This document shows, in pieces, positions 1 to 13,882 of a DNA stretch of 64,000 nt; within the stretch, counting starts at the first letter, position 1, and every line of letters starts with the position of its first letter. The position numbers and the translations under genes were made by a program. The notes below the pieces were generated by a model. That model did not search any database. It worked only from the letters and a program-made list of their open reading frames with translations, and was not told the origin of the DNA. Source of the DNA: Entomortierella parvispora E1425 (Eukaryota; Fungi; Mortierellomycota); contig BQFW01000002.1 of assembly GCA_020891255.1 (NCBI GenBank), positions 248,001 to 312,000 of the forward strand, in the 5' to 3' direction.

Positions 1-976
1 TGTCGTGTTTTCTATATATTACTAAACGGTGGCTGATTGCCCCATCCTACATCATTTGTGCCTAAAGCCATGTGGCACCTCTCTTCCCTTTTATGAATGT
101 GATCGGTACCTCGCCCGGTATACGAATTACCATCTTATAGGGCTCATGAAAGCGTGATCTCCTGAACGTTACCATCGAGCAGCAGTGGGCCAGAAAACAG
201 GATATGTTTGTTAATAAGGGCGGGCTGTGTTTAAAACATAACCATGTCCGAGAGAAAAAGTGAGATACCGTTTGCCCGGTAGGTTGAATCCACCCGAGAG
301 TGAGGTGACGGATGGGATTGGGCGCATCCGAGTGTCATGGCCAAGAAAAAAAAAGCACTCAATCTCCAGGAATAAACCACAGGTGTGCTTGGGGGGGATT
401 TGTCAGATGTGGTGAGGCAATTTCATTTATATTGACAGGTCGGGCGTCGAAAGAAGTTTGAATGGGTGACTTTCTTTCATTGTCAAGCTAGTGGGCGGGC
501 TGTGCGACTTGCTATGGGGGAGGGATAAATATGCCCATTTTTGGGACTGAGCAAGAGAGCACTCAATGAAAAAACAAATGTCATGGCGTTCGCGGCTGTT
601 GGTACCAATTGCCCCCAAGGTACAACCAGCCCAGAGCTCGTTTTTCTTTTCCAGAGGCAATTCGAAGAGATTCTATTTTGGTCGCACCGCCACGCCTCCA
701 GGGACAACAGGCGGTGAAGCCAAGGACAGCGATCAAGGCCGAGGGTCGCTCCTCTGCGCCTTGTACCTGGCTGTCTTGGCGGGATGGTCAACGGGATGAG
801 AAAAAAAACCATATAAAAGTCGAACGAAGGTCGCACATCTTGGATTCCTTTTCTCTCGTTCTTTCCTTCCTTTCTTCACCCACTCTCTCCATCCAAACAA
901 CGCTCGTCAGCTTCACCGCGTCTCGCTCTTCTTTTCCCCCTCCACCTTCACCTTCACCCACACTCACACATAAACA

Positions 977-1793
977 ATGTCGGCCGCTCTTCCTCCTGGC
1001 TGGTAAACGCTCTCCCCATCCTCCAATTCCCAATGCTTGACGAGCCACTTTGGCTCGTCTCAATTGCACAGCCTACTCACCTCGACCTACCTCTGTTTGC
1101 ATCCTCTGATTTCTCCCTACAGGACTTCGCAGTTCGACCCCCAATCCCAGAGATACTTTTACATTGGTAGGTTCCTCTATCGGAGGCAGTTAGTAGTGTT
1201 GCACCCACGCTTTCAACGAAACCACACTGTAGCCCCAGCCCATGTTGTTGTTTTCTGACGCCCTCTTCAATTGCTCACTGTGCGTCTGTAGAAATTGCCA
1301 CCGGCCGGAGAGAATGGGATCACCCCTCGCGATTCGTCGCCATGGGTGCAGCCTACCCTCCTCCTTACCCCCAGCCCTACGGAGCTCCTCAACCTGTTTA
1401 TGGCGCTCCCCCCGCTCCATATGGATCGCCCTACGGAGCTCCTCAATATGGCATGCAGGCCCCAACGACAGTGATTGTGGAGGAGGGTCGCCACCATCAT
1501 CACCATCATCACCGATATGACAACGAGATCATCATCCAGGAGCAGGTCATTGTTCCCCAGCCTCAATATGTCATGCAACCTCAGGTGGTAGAGGTCGATG
1601 TTATCCGTCCCCACCACCACCATCATCATCATCACGACCTCGTAAGTGAGCGTTTTTCGTTGTCTATGGACTTTGCCTTTCACATTTTGTGAAGAGGTGA
1701 CCTGATAACCCTGGCGTGTTTTGAAACGTGCTCAAGGAACTTACCACGCTATTTCTTTTTGACCATTTTTCGTAGAACATCGAGTTCTTTTAA
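977..1793 (+). CDS. WW-domain protein with PPxY motif, Pro/Tyr/Gly-rich region and two poly-His tracts (about 145 aa, 4 exons)
   Basis: Exons 977-1002, 1123-1166, 1292-1641 and 1776-1793, all with GT..AG introns, join in frame (438 nt) to MSAALPPGWTSQFDPQSQRYFYIEIATGRREWDHP (WW consensus W..YF/Y..W.P), then YPPPY, H7 and H8. The last exon is the least certain. Confidence 0.85.
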
Positions 1794-2327
1794 AGGAAGT
1801 TGACAAGTAGCCTCGGCATGGATTCCAAGATCGCTGTTCCGGAGTAGTCAATCTTTATTTCTCGGTTCGCTTGTTCATCTGGCAATCTGGCGCCGTCAAC
1901 CATTCGCTCGCAGAAACCAGTTTCCTTGCAAAAAAAAAAAAAAAAAAAAAAAAAAAGGAAAAAAAAAAGGATAAACCATCCGCCTTGCCCGCTCAAGGTT
2001 AACTCAATCTCTCAAAGTTCAAAAACTTCATACCCCCCACCCCTCTTTGGTAGCAAGAAAAAATAAAATAATTTGTTCAAATCAACTCATTTCATCCTGC
2101 AGAGCCACCATCTTTTGTGGTGAACCGAGATATACAAAACGCCTCGATTTGTGCATTCCCTGGCGAAACGTTTTACCGCAACTGCGGTTTTCGTCCGCCT
2201 GTCGGAAACTCCACGCCCACGCGACAGAAGATACGGTGTAGCGTTGTCGCTCATACAAAGACAGGTGCTGCTGATCCAGAATTGCAAATCATTCTATTAC
2301 TTTAATACTTTGTAAAAAGAAAAGGAC

Positions 2328-3790
2328 TCAAAAATCAATGACATTCCTGAGTGCCATGTCCTGCAGGAGCTGCGGCCGTGGCCGAGGGGCGGCCTTGCAG
2401 GCAAATGTAGAATACTTTCTCTTTTGCTGAGCAATCTCTCCTCCGTTGTCGTTTGATTGACCGAACAGTGCTGTAATCCTGGGCTGCGATTTACTTTCAT
2501 CATCATCGGGCCTAGCACACGGTTATTTGTTAGAGAATCAGACGTATTGCACGAGTTTGCAGTTAAAGTGGTGTACAAGAGGGGGGTAGGGGTGTACACC
2601 TACCAGCGCACAGTCTTTCCTGAAGTTTCCAATAGCGTTTTGCAGGTTGCCCAGCTGAATCGCACGATGTTGGGGTATCCAAAAATGGGGTCAATGTTGG
2701 CCTTCAACCAAGAGACAGTCTTGGGGTCTAGAAGGATTGTAGCAAAGAAAAGGTCAGTAGGGAAAGGACGTCTTCACCTCATCGCCGTACTTTGAGTTGA
2801 CTATTACCACTAGGGTATCCAGAACCGAATTGACGTGATATGGTGTCTTCCATCCCGCTCTCAGCAAAGACCCAATGCCTGAGCACATCATCGCGTGTGA
2901 CCTTGGCACAAATACTGGCTGCAGAGACAATAGGGTATTTGGAATCGGCTTTTTTGGCAACAACAATCTTGGTGACAGAAGGGAACAGCCCCTCAAGCTT
3001 TCGTTGGTAGGTTTCTGGAGGCCCAACTGTGTCAACATAGATCTGTTGATGTTTTTGAGAGAAGGGAGTCGGATTGTCAGTTTACTTGTTCTATCGATCA
3101 ACCCTGGATTCCATGTTGGGGAGGACATACCTCTCTCAAGTTAACTCCTGATGCCAATGTTTCCTTGATAAGCTGAATCGTGGTATCGTGAGCCAATGCA
3201 TTGAGGTTATATTTGTCCCTGATATTTCCATGCACAAAAGAAAAAAGGATCAGCAAACTGTCGTAAGGTCCTGTCAGCTTCGATGTATCTCAAGACTTTG
3301 ATTGCTTACTTTCTGAGCATGCTGTTGGAGATATCCATTGGGGACAATACCCGTACGCTCCATCCAATCAAGTCTGGTCTCGACTGAATGACCTCAAGCA
3401 AGTTGTCTCTCTCGTCCTCCTTCAGTGTTTTTGAGTCTAATGGGGAAAAGAAAGAGATTGATCAGGCACATGCAGATAGACACGCTTTTGATCCAGACAC
3501 GCCATCATACCTGCAAATCCAAGGTCGGCCAACTCGTCCTTTTTGGCAAGAGGGCAGTAGCAGATACCGTAGACCATGGGTCCCAAAACCGGTCCACGTC
3601 CAGCCTCATCGACTCCGAGGATGCATTCCTGATCCTTTTCCAAGCCTGTGGGCAATGGGGTGGCGTAGGTATATGACTTGAGCAAGGCCGATTGGATTCC
3701 CGAAGGAGGTCGTGGCACGCCTTCGCGGATGGCCAGGTCGACTGCCTCCATCTCGAGGGAAGCGGATTCGTCTTCGTGGTCCAGGCTCAT
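2328..3790 (-). CDS. RNH201: Ribonuclease H2 catalytic subunit A
   Basis: Motifs [52 protein letters not shown] and IVRFSWAT across 6 exons with canonical splice sites; ATG at 3790, TGA at 2330-2328. Confidence 0.95.
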
Positions 3791-4037
3791 TGTTGATGGC
3801 AGTGATGGCAGTGCAGTGATGGGCAGGGTGGGTGGTGATGCAGAAAGAGAAAGCGACCGACCCATCCGCGCCCACAAACAAACAACGCGCGCGAATCCCA
3901 GGTTGGTGGCGAAAATAGCCAGTCACTGCTCTCGCTCCCTCCCTCTGTTGCAAAAGCAAGCATGTGCGTGCACCGCTTTCACATGCCTCTTTGCTCCCAT
4001 CCATCCAATCCCGCCAGTCTCATGCCGTGAGTCTCTA
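3791..4037. promoter_or_regulatory. Bidirectional promoter shared by RNH201 and MCM8, with MCB/E2F-like CGCG elements
   Basis: 247 bp between divergent ATGs; ACGCGCGCGAA at 3885-3895 and GGCGAAAA at 3908-3915. The regulatory role is inferred. Confidence 0.45.
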
Positions 4038-5009
4038 ATGCCACCGGAACAATCCAATCCGCGAGGTTATGCGCGTCGAGGATCTGCTTGGCGCGGACGC
4101 GGCCGAGGAAGAGGTGCAAACAAGCAGTACCCTGGCCAGTCTCAGAACCCAGACGACAACGAGACAAATGATGCCAGGCAATGGGAACGACCGAGGACTT
4201 CGACTCAACGAGTCTCTCAGGATGGAAGAGGAGCTGCTGCTACTACTGGACTGAACACGCCCATGGTCCAGGTGGATGAAATCCCGGCCCATATGATGCA
4301 GACCCAGCGATCGGCGCAACCCAGGACTCGACAAGTGGAAGGTTGCCCCTGGATTGACTGGGATCTATATCTCCCCCAAGAAGGTAAGGTTGATATTGTT
4401 TTGTCCACCAAAGTAAATTCAATGTACAGACAGGCTTTCTCATACATTGGAAACTGGTGTGTTAGACTACCACCCTGATCATGAGTACATGCAATGGATA
4501 AACGAATTCCGCAAGTTTCTTCAAATAACTCTTGAGGGCCAATCAAAGGTTTGTTGAAAAAGCCCATTCGGTCATCATTATTCGAGGATTAAATGCAACT
4601 CGGCACTCATCTCTGTTCATGCTCTCGGCCCGTTGATATTAGAAAATGCAATCGGAAATTGAACGACGGGGTGTAGTGGTTGTCAACTACAAGCTTCTGA
4701 TTCAAGAATGCCAGATCGATCGGCTGGAGGATCTGGTAGTCCACAGACCTATGACTGTCATGGGATGCCTATCATTGGCAGCCTTGCAGGTAGAGTAGAA
4801 ATGATCTGGTGTTTGCTGTATATGATCAAAAACCGAGTTGAAATTAACCAATTTATACCTCCAGATCGTCTTTGGTACCGAGGCCGCGAAGACACAGACA
4901 CACAAGAGGCTTACCATCCGCTTTATACGATTTGATAAACTGACTTCTGGGAAAGAGCTGAAGGCAAATCTCATTGGTAAGTTGTACCATTTTTGCGGTT
5001 GAGATACCC

Positions 5010-5040
<31 letters not shown>

Positions 5041-7321
5041 CAAGGTACTAATTGCAACTTATTTTAGATAAACTTGTTTGCATGCGAGGAACTATCGTGA
5101 GAACTTCTGGAGTGAGGCCCTTGGCGACCAAAATGTCTTTCACCTGCAATACCTGCTTAGGCGTACAAACTCTGGAGTTTCCGGATGCACGATTCGTACA
5201 GCCTACAAAGTGTCACGAGGCAGGATGTAGGAGCAAGCAGTTTTCTCCGCAGCGTGGAGTCGGATACGAAACTGAAACCGTGGATTGGCAAACGATCCGG
5301 TATGTAGGCACGCCGGTGTAGTGCTCTTGCTTTGTTGCATTGCTAATCTAAACACGCACCTATGAAATTAGTCTTCAAGAAAAACTGCCAGATGATAGAA
5401 TGGACTCTGGTCGAGTGCCCAGGACGATTGAATGCGAGGTCACGAGAGAACTTGTGGATAGGGTTATCCCTGGGGATGTCGTTGAGATAACTGGCATCGT
5501 CAAAGTGGCACCATCTGAAAAAGGTATCGAGTTTGAGTAAAGTGCTTTTTTTCCTGTTGAAATTCTACGGATCTAACAATGTCCAACATTTTCTAGTGTA
5601 TTCACGAGCCAAGACCGGCAACACCATGTACCTGCTCTATATCGACGTCAACTATATCACAAAGGCTACAACCACCAAAGAAGTGGACGATGTCTATGAG
5701 GAAGAAGAAGCCGACTCAAAGGAGTCCTCCAAAGACAGTATCCAGATCACAACGAAGGACCTTTACGCGATCGAAGATGTTCATAGGCAACCTCAGCTGT
5801 TCAAGCTGATTGTCAACTCTTTCAGTCCGGCAATTTTCGGTCACGAGATGGTCAAGGCTGGGATACTGTTTGCTCTCTTTGGGGGACGCAGACGGAGCAA
5901 GACCGCATTGGACAGGACAGCCATTCGATCGGATCCTCATGTGCTAGTTGTAGGAGACCCAGGTCTTGGAAAGTCACAAATGCTATCAGCAGCCGTCAAG
6001 GTTGCTCCTCGAGGGGTCTATGTTTGCGGCAGCAGTGGAGTTTCGACAAGTGGTCTTACTGTCACCCTTGTCCGTGGAGCTGGATCGGACTATGCTCTAG
6101 AGGCCGGTGCACTCGTTCTGGGAGATCAGGGCTGCTGCTGCATTGATGAGTTTGACAAGATGACTACGGACCACAATGCCCTCTTAGAGGCGATGGAGCA
6201 GCAGTCGATCAGCATTGCCAAGGCCGGTATTATCTGCACGCTTCCGGCGAGAACAAGTGTGATTGCAGCGGCCAACCCTGTCGGAGGTCACTACAACACA
6301 TCGAAAACCGTGGGCGAGAATCTGAAGATGAACTCTGCTCTACTCTCTCGCTTCGACCTCATCTTCATTCTAATGGACAAGCCGGATGGAGAAATGGATC
6401 AGTTTCTATCGAGACATGTTATGGCCTTGCACTCTGGAAATACTGCCGATCTATCTGCTTTCAGGCCTGGTCATTCGCAGGACACCAATATGGATCTGTC
6501 ACAATTGTCTCAGAGTCAAGGCGGCCAGCGCGGAAGAAGCATCGTAAAGCCGGAAATGGATCGCCCCCTGTCCGAACGCTTACGTCTTACAGATGACGAT
6601 GACTTGGAGTTGATCCCGCTACCATTGCTTCGCAAGTATATTGCATATGCTCGGAAGTACGTGCATCCGAGACTATCACCAGAGGCCGCTTCCACACTCC
6701 AGGACTTTTATTTGATGATGAGGGCCAAGCACCGATCTCCCGATGGGACTCCAGTCACTACACGTCAACTCGAGTCGATGATCCGCATGGCGGAAGCCAA
6801 GGCTCGCATGGAACTCCGGGAGACTGTTACAAGACGGGATGCCATGGATGTGATCGAGATAATGTAGGTTCTTCCGAATACGTATTGGCGACCCCACTTT
6901 TAGTATTCTCTTATTGAGTTGCTCTCTGTTCTGACAACTCTCACAGAACCTTTAGTTTGCAAGACGCCTTCACACCTGTGGGTGGTGTCGATCGCGAGCA
7001 GAGAGGCGGCCCACCTGGGCGTGGAAAGAGCGCCAGTCTCAAGAAGTATACTTCGCTGGCCATTGCGAATATTCTGTCCCTGTTCTTATTTCTGAGCCTG
7101 ACATCATATATTTGTATTGTAGATATGTGGCGGAACTGCAACGGATTGCGCACGCCAATTCCAACAACATGTTTTCGTACGATCACCTTTACCAGGTCTT
7201 CCAGCAGCTGCAGTTGCCTGGCATCGCGGGCGGATTTCAAGGGTTTCTGGATTCCCTGAACTATCAAAACTTTTTGCTGAAGAAGGGCCCGAGATCGTAC
7301 TGTCTGGCCACAGCAATGTAA
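4038..7321 (+). CDS. MCM8: DNA helicase MCM8 (multi-exon)
   Basis: DPHVLVVGDPGLGKSQML (Walker A), CCCIDEFDKM (Walker B), LLEAMEQQSISIAKAG, GGHYNTSKTVGENLKM, LLSRFDL (Arg finger), N-terminal C4 zinc region and C-terminal winged-helix exon; this motif wording matches MCM8 rather than MCM2-7. Confidence 0.9.
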
Positions 7322-7569
7322 AGCGTCAGGGATTGCCGGCAGTGATGTCGAACCACAAGACCAAGAGGGATGGGACAAGGAGTCTGACAAAGATGAGCCT
7401 TTTCCATGTGCAAAGTTGCGTGCGTAGCTGCATCGAAATCCGATCGAGCGGTAAATCGGACGAACCGACAAAAAAAAATAAAATAAGTTCGGCTTGCAGG
7501 ACTCCTTCAACTCCTCTTCATTGCTCTCTTCTCTTCATTTCATCTCCAGTTCTCACTCTCTCTACTACC

Positions 7570-9084
7570 ATGACTCACTCCAAAAAGATTGTTCTCGTCA
7601 CTGGATGCACCACCGGTGGCATCGGCTACGAGACCGCCAAGGCATTTGAGAAGGTATGGTCTGAATCTGGTCTGAATCCCTCATGCAATGACGCGTCGAA
7701 TGCATCACGGAGCCGAGTTGCTGTTAACCCTGCCTCCGTCAATACAGAGTGGATGCAAGGTCTATGCTGCTGCCAGACGCTTGGATGCCATTACCGGAAT
7801 CGAAGGTACAGACCAAAACTGAAGTGCTGCTTGAGGGATGAAGCCAGAGAAGCATCGTACTGACCGTTTCGGGGTCACAATGCAACCCATTAGGTCTTGA
7901 TATTGAGAAGGTGTACATCGATGTCCTGGATGAGAAATCTATCAAGGATGCTGTGAACGTGAGTGAAATGACTCTCCTAGATATTCCGGATGTCCAGTTC
8001 TCCTAGGCTGTGCATTTAATTCTCTTTCTTCTGCTGCTCGCCCATGCTCACCATCTTCCCCCTCGCCTTCAGCACATTATTTCAAAGGAAGGCCGCATTG
8101 GTAAGCTACTTGGGTTGCATGCTATTAGCTGACGATGTGGCATGTTGTATTCCAGTCCTCCGTGGTTTAACAAGGGTCTCGCTCTCGATAGATATTCTGT
8201 TCAACAATGCCGGAATGGGTCTTGCATGCCCTATCATTGACATGTCGGTAGGTGCCGCGATTAACAAGTGGGTGCGGCCGTACAAAAAGACAGAGTCAGC
8301 GTTGTTAACACATGTTCTGTGGTTTGTCGATGAAAACAGATCGAGACCACTCGCAAGCTGCTTGATACCAATATTACCTCGGTGGTCCTGGTGTCCAAAG
8401 AGGTTGCACCCCATATGATCCGTCAAAAGTCGGGCCTGATCGTGAACGTGGGTTCAGTCACTGCGTACTTGGCCACGCCATGGGGAGGGCTCTACGCTGC
8501 CAGCAAGGCCGCTGTGCACTCACTGTCGGATGCCCTTCGCATGGAGTTGGCGCCATTCAATGTCAAGGTCTCGGTGGTCGCCCCTGGAGCCATCAAATCC
8601 AACATTGGAGACAACAACCTGAAGGCGTTCCACCTTCCTGAGAGTAAGAAGGAGAGTCTGGCTTTTGTCCAGAGGAATTGAACTCGATTGACTCAATTTT
8701 TATTTTTTCTTATTTTTTTTAGATTCCTTCTACCAGACTGTTATCAAGTACGTCCTCTCCCGCGCAAACGCATCTCAAGGTAACGCAACAGATTTCTTGA
8801 TTCTGGCAACAACAGTTCGGTTGAGACGCTCCCTAACCACATGTTTTTATTGACTTCTTGGACAACAATCAGCCCCCGGATGCACCCCTACTGCCAACTT
8901 TGCAAAATACGTTGTTGCAAAGTGCCTCAAGTCCTCGCCTCCAAAATACATCGATTACGGCACTCTGTCGAACCTCTTCCGCGTCATTCGATATGCTCCC
9001 TGGATCATTTCGGACTTCATCTTTGCAAAGAGGTTCGGGTTGGACGTGCTCCGCAAGGCTGTGAAGGACGGCAAAGTGATTTGA
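7570..9084 (+). CDS. Short-chain dehydrogenase/reductase, Ayr1-like (acyl-DHAP reductase family)
   Basis: LVTGCTTGGIG Rossmann motif, LFNNAG, VGSV and catalytic YAASK; many short exons with GT..AG introns; TGA at 9082-9084. Confidence 0.88.
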
Positions 9085-9361
9085 ACAAACGTCAGGAGGA
9101 ACAAGAATCTCCAGCATGTTCAATAAAAAAAAAGTGCAGACACCCATTCACTTTGCAACAAAAAGGTGCACACCCCTTGTCGCTGCAGGGGCGCGGGAAA
9201 GAAAGGAGATTTGTGAAAAGGGGGCTTCTGTTTTCGTCTGCCTTGAACAAAGCCAGGGACATCATCATTGCACGTTTCAATTCTCCAATCTTCGCTTGTT
9301 TCTTCTTCACCAGCGACGCTCTCTCTGTCACCCATACATTTAGAAGACAGTTTTTGTCACC

Positions 9362-10469
9362 ATGAGAATCTTGTCCCTTTCCCTTGGTCTCGCTGTCGTT
9401 GCACTTGTTGCCGCTCAAGGTAAGCTGCCCCCAGATCCCCTGTTCTTGCTCACGCTTGGCTCCACAAGCTTATTCCCTTTCAATTGAATATTCTTCCGCT
9501 TTCATTTCCAGCCGATCCACTTTCGGCTAATGGCCCTCAATCCACCTACGAGTGGGCGGGCGAGAGTGATCTTGAAAATGCTCTTGATCTACAATATGAT
9601 GCTCTCTCAGAGCAGCAGTTCCGCGCCTTTTTCTTGACCTCTCACCAGGTTGCAGATTTCCAAGCAGAGGGATGCGAGAGTATTATCAACGACATCTCCA
9701 AGACGATCAAGACAGCGCTTGACGCCGCTGCAGCGATTGTCTCTCCTATCCCTGGTGTGGGTGTAATTGTGCAGTATATAAAGACTTCCTTGCATCCGTC
9801 CCTGTGGCGCTGGTCATCAGTACTCTCCGAGCCGTGATTATTGGTCTTTCTATCACTGGTGCTGGCACGGCTCTTCAGCCCATCTCCACCATATTTAATA
9901 CAGTGGAGCCACTGTTAAACAGTCTGGTCGCTTGCCGCGGTGGCGGCACCGGTCGATTGGAGATGGACGTGTCTCGATGCAGTTCCTTGGCGGATCTTTA
10001 CCGATTGACCTTGGAGGATTCGATCAAGATCAATCCAGCTTCGAACCTTCCCGCGGACGCAAGCGAGGAATTGAAACGGTTGACGACCGGTTCTTTGGCG
10101 CTTTTGGATTTGTTGTCCAAGACATCGATTGCCAAGACCAACGATGCTCTGTTGGCCATTCGACCCATCTTTGCGGGCGATCTGTTGGGAGACTACAGAG
10201 CCGAGCTGTTGCGCCTGAATCCCTCGGAGGACATTCGTAACTATGCCGAAATCTCGTTGGGTTCGATTGTGGGCTTTTCCAACTCCTTGGAGGCTTGTTT
10301 GCACGTGGCCGCAGACCCCGTGGTGGCGTTGGAGGAGCTCAACGAGGAATTGGCTGCTCAAGCAGAGGGGGATGAGTACGAAGACGAAGATAAAAAGGAC
10401 GACGAGGAAGATGATGATGAGGAGGAGGATGAGCAGCAAGTCATATGTCTGTTACAAACGAGATATTAA
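9362..10469 (+). pseudogene. Secreted acidic-tail family, copy 1 (frameshifted near 9780; ancestral stop read through)
   Basis: Signal peptide MRILSLSLGLAVVALVAAQ plus the family intron; ORF 9484-9837 and ORF 9804-10469 are in different frames; the central segment is shorter than in the paralogs; the TAA of the other copies is CAA here. Confidence 0.7.
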
Positions 10470-10870
10470 ATATATCTCACCCCATTCCGCGGCCTCTTTT
10501 GCCGCTCATCTCTCTCCGAGCTCCTTGGACCATCACGGATATGATCGTCAAAAGCTGTTTGTGATCAAGGGCAATGGTCGATCTTGGGAGGAGTAAGAAT
10601 TCTGACGTTCAGCCTAATAAAAAAAAAGGTATAGATTTTTCTGTGTTCGCAAGAAAAAAATGACACGCCCCTTGCGTCTCTACAGGGGTTGGATTGAACG
10701 GAGATGTTGGTGAAAATGTTGGAAAAGGGGGGCATTGACCTTGGTCTGTTCACACAAGGCAGGACGTCTCCTCCTGTTCATTTGTTAATAGTGTCACTCT
10801 CTTGCCCGCCTCTTATTTACCTCCTCGCTCATCATCTCTCCAAATCCATCATCCGCCTCGCCTTACTATC

Positions 10871-12068
10871 ATGAGAATCTTGTCTATTTCCCTTGGCCTC
10901 GCTGCCGTTGCACTTGTTGCCGCTCAAGGTGAGCTACCCAGATCACTTCTCATTGTTCATTCTTGCCGCCACATACTAACCCTTTTTTCAATTGCATTTT
11001 TTATTTTTTTTACTGTATCCACTTTCAGCTGATCCACTTGCGGCTAACGGACCCCAGTCCACCTTCCAGTGGGCGGGCGATAGCGATCTTGAAAGGAGTC
11101 TTTCTTTTCAATATGACGCTCTCTCGGAGCAGAAGTTCCGCGCTGCTTTCTTGGCCTCTCTTGAGGTTGCGGATTTCCACGCGGAGAGTTGCGACAGCGT
11201 TGTTTCCAGCTTCGGCGCTGCGATCAAGAATGCCCTCAGCGTCATAAGCACGTTTACCTCACCTGTCCCTGGAGTGGGTGTAGTCGTCACCTTTGTCCAG
11301 GGAATCTTGAACCATATTGTGGATATCTTGACAGGCACCTTGGTTAACGTGTCTGCATCGGCCCTAGAGCTGTTGGTCGCTACGATTCAAAGGGTGATGG
11401 CGATTGTCTTTCTCACTAATGGAGTTAGTTCAGTGCCAAACGTTTCCGCCGCGTTGGATCTTGTGATGTTCGAGCTGAAGAATGTGATCAGTTGTGAGGC
11501 CAGCGGTACCGGTAAATTGGAGGGCACCAGTATCGGACGATTGGAGGTGAACGAGGCCCGATGCAGTTATCTGGCGGATCTCTACCGAGCGTCCTTGGAG
11601 GATTCGATCAAGATCAGCCCAGCCTCAAACCTGCCCGCGGACGCGAGCGAGGAATTGAGACGGTTGATGACCGGGTCTTTGGCGGTTTTGGATTTGATGG
11701 CCAAGACTTCTATTGCCAAAACAAACGATGCTTTGTTGGCGACTCGGCCCATCTTTGCCGCCGATATTTTGGCCGAGTACAGATCCGCGCTGTTGCGTTT
11801 AAAGCCCTCGGAGGACATTCGAAGCTATGCCGATGTCTCCTTGGGTTCGATCGTCGCCTTTTCGAACTCTTTGGAGGCTTGTTTGTACGTGGCCGCGGAC
11901 CCTGTGGTGGCGTTGAAGGAGCTCAACAAGGAGTTGGCTGCTGAGGCAGCAGAGGATGGGTATGAAGACGAGGATGAAGAAGACGAGGACGAGGACGAGG
12001 ACGAGGATTACGATGAAGATGAGGATGAGGATGAGGATGAGGATGAGGATGAGGAGGATGAGCAGTAA
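10871..12068 (+). CDS. Secreted acidic-tail family, copy 2 (intact)
   Basis: ATG 10871, signal peptide MRILSISLGLAAVALVAAQ, one intron (gtgagc..tttcag), open to TAA 12068; D/E tail. Confidence 0.9.
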
Positions 12069-12443
12069 GTCCTACGTCTCTAGCAGGTGAGATGCTTCAT
12101 CTGTCTCACCGCCATATCTGCAGCCTCTTCTACCTTTCCTCTGACCCTTGAATCGCCACGATTTTCATCCTCAGAAGATGTGGAGCTATTTGTGATCAAG
12201 GGCAACAAAGTGGGGTAGGATGATCTTGGGAGGAATAAGAATCTTGACGTTCAACCTAAAAACAGGGATTAGAAAGAAAGGGGATCTTCACGAATATGTA
12301 GAAAAAGGGGCCTTTGTCCGCCCACATAAATAAAAAAAAAATCCATGGACAGAGTTTACCCTCCTGCATTTTTCTTCTTTGCACCCCTCTTTACACCCCT
12401 CTCCACACCCCTCTCAACAAACTCTCCGCTTCCCCTTGTCATC

Positions 12444-13561
12444 ATGAGAATCTTGTCTGTTTCCCTTGGCCTCGCTGCCATTGCACTTGTTGCCGCTCAA
12501 GGTGAACTACACACATTGCCTCTCTTTGTTCATGCTTGACGCCACAAACTTACGTGTATCAATTGCTTTTGTCACTACATCCACTTCCAGCTGATCCACT
12601 TGCCGCCAATGGTCCCCAGTCCACCTTCGAGTGGGCAAGTGATAGTGATCTTGAAAAGACTCTCGCTCTTCAATATGATGCTCTCTCGGAGCAGCAATTC
12701 CGCGCCACTCTCTTGAGCTCTTTTGAAGTTACAGATTTCCAGGCGGAAGGTGGTTGCGGCACCATCATTGCCGCCCTGACAACTGCGATCAACACAACTC
12801 TCACCGAAGTAGGCAATTCCTTAAATGCCATCCCTTTGGTGGATCCAATTTTGAAAGCTGTCGCCGGTAGCTTGACTCAAATCTTGAACGGCGTGGCCGG
12901 CACCGTGTCCCAGGTGACTGCGGCGGCCCTGGGGTTCGTGGTCACCACGCTGCAAACCGTACTTGGAGTCATCGGCGTAGGATCACTCGGGCCCGTGGCC
13001 GCTGCGTTGAACGCTGTGGTGTCATTGGTGAATCAGCTGGCCGGTTGTCAGGGCACCAATGTCGGACTATTGGAGGTGAACGAGGCCCGATGCGGTAATC
13101 TGGCGGATCTCTACCGATCGACCTTGGAGGAATCGATCAAGATTAACCCTGCCTTGAACCTGCCCGAGGACGCGAGCGAGGAACTGAAGCGGTTGACGAC
13201 CGGCACCTTGGCGCTTTTGGATCTAATGTCCAAGACCTCGATTGCCAAGACAAACGATGCTTTGTTGTCAATTCGACCCATCTTTGCCGCCGATCTGTTG
13301 ACCGAGTACAGATCTGCGCTGTTGCGTTTAAAGCCCTCGGAGGACATTCGAAACTATGCCGAAATCATCCTGGGAACGATCGTGGGCTCTTCCAACTCGC
13401 TGGAGGCTTGTTTGCGCGTGGCGGCCGATCCAGCGGCGGCGTTGGAGGATCTCAACGAGGAGTTGGATGAGTACGAAGACGAGGATGAGGATGAGGATTA
13501 CGATGATGAAGATGATGAAGATGATGATGATGAAGATGATGAAGATGAGAGTGAGCAGTAG
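12444..13561 (+). CDS. Secreted acidic-tail family, copy 3 (intact)
   Basis: ATG 12444, same signal exon and intron, open to TAG 13561; conserved QYDALSEQQFRA and GSSNSLEACL blocks. Confidence 0.9.
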
Positions 13562-13882
13562 GTCATATGTCTGTAACAGATGAGATAATAAATATATCTC
13601 GCCCCATACCCATGGCCTCTTCTGTCCCTCCTCTCTGAACTCCTTGAATCATCACGGTCTTCATCCTACAAGATGTGTGGCTATTGTGATCAAGGGCAAC
13701 AAAAGGGGAGTTGGATGATCTTGGGAGGGGTATGAATCCTGACGTTCAGAAGAGATCTTCACAAAAAAGGGCCTTTGTCTGCCCACATTAAAAAAAAGGA
13801 AACGGAGTTACTCTCCTGCATGTCATCCTTGAACCACCTCTCCACCTCCTTTGAACAAACTATCCTGCATTACTTTGTCATC

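Noticed and set aside
12065-12071. GTAAGT-like splice donor overlapping the stop codon in most array copies
   Set aside because: No conserved acceptor or downstream exon was found; CAG-TAA-GT produces this motif by itself. RNA-seq would settle it.
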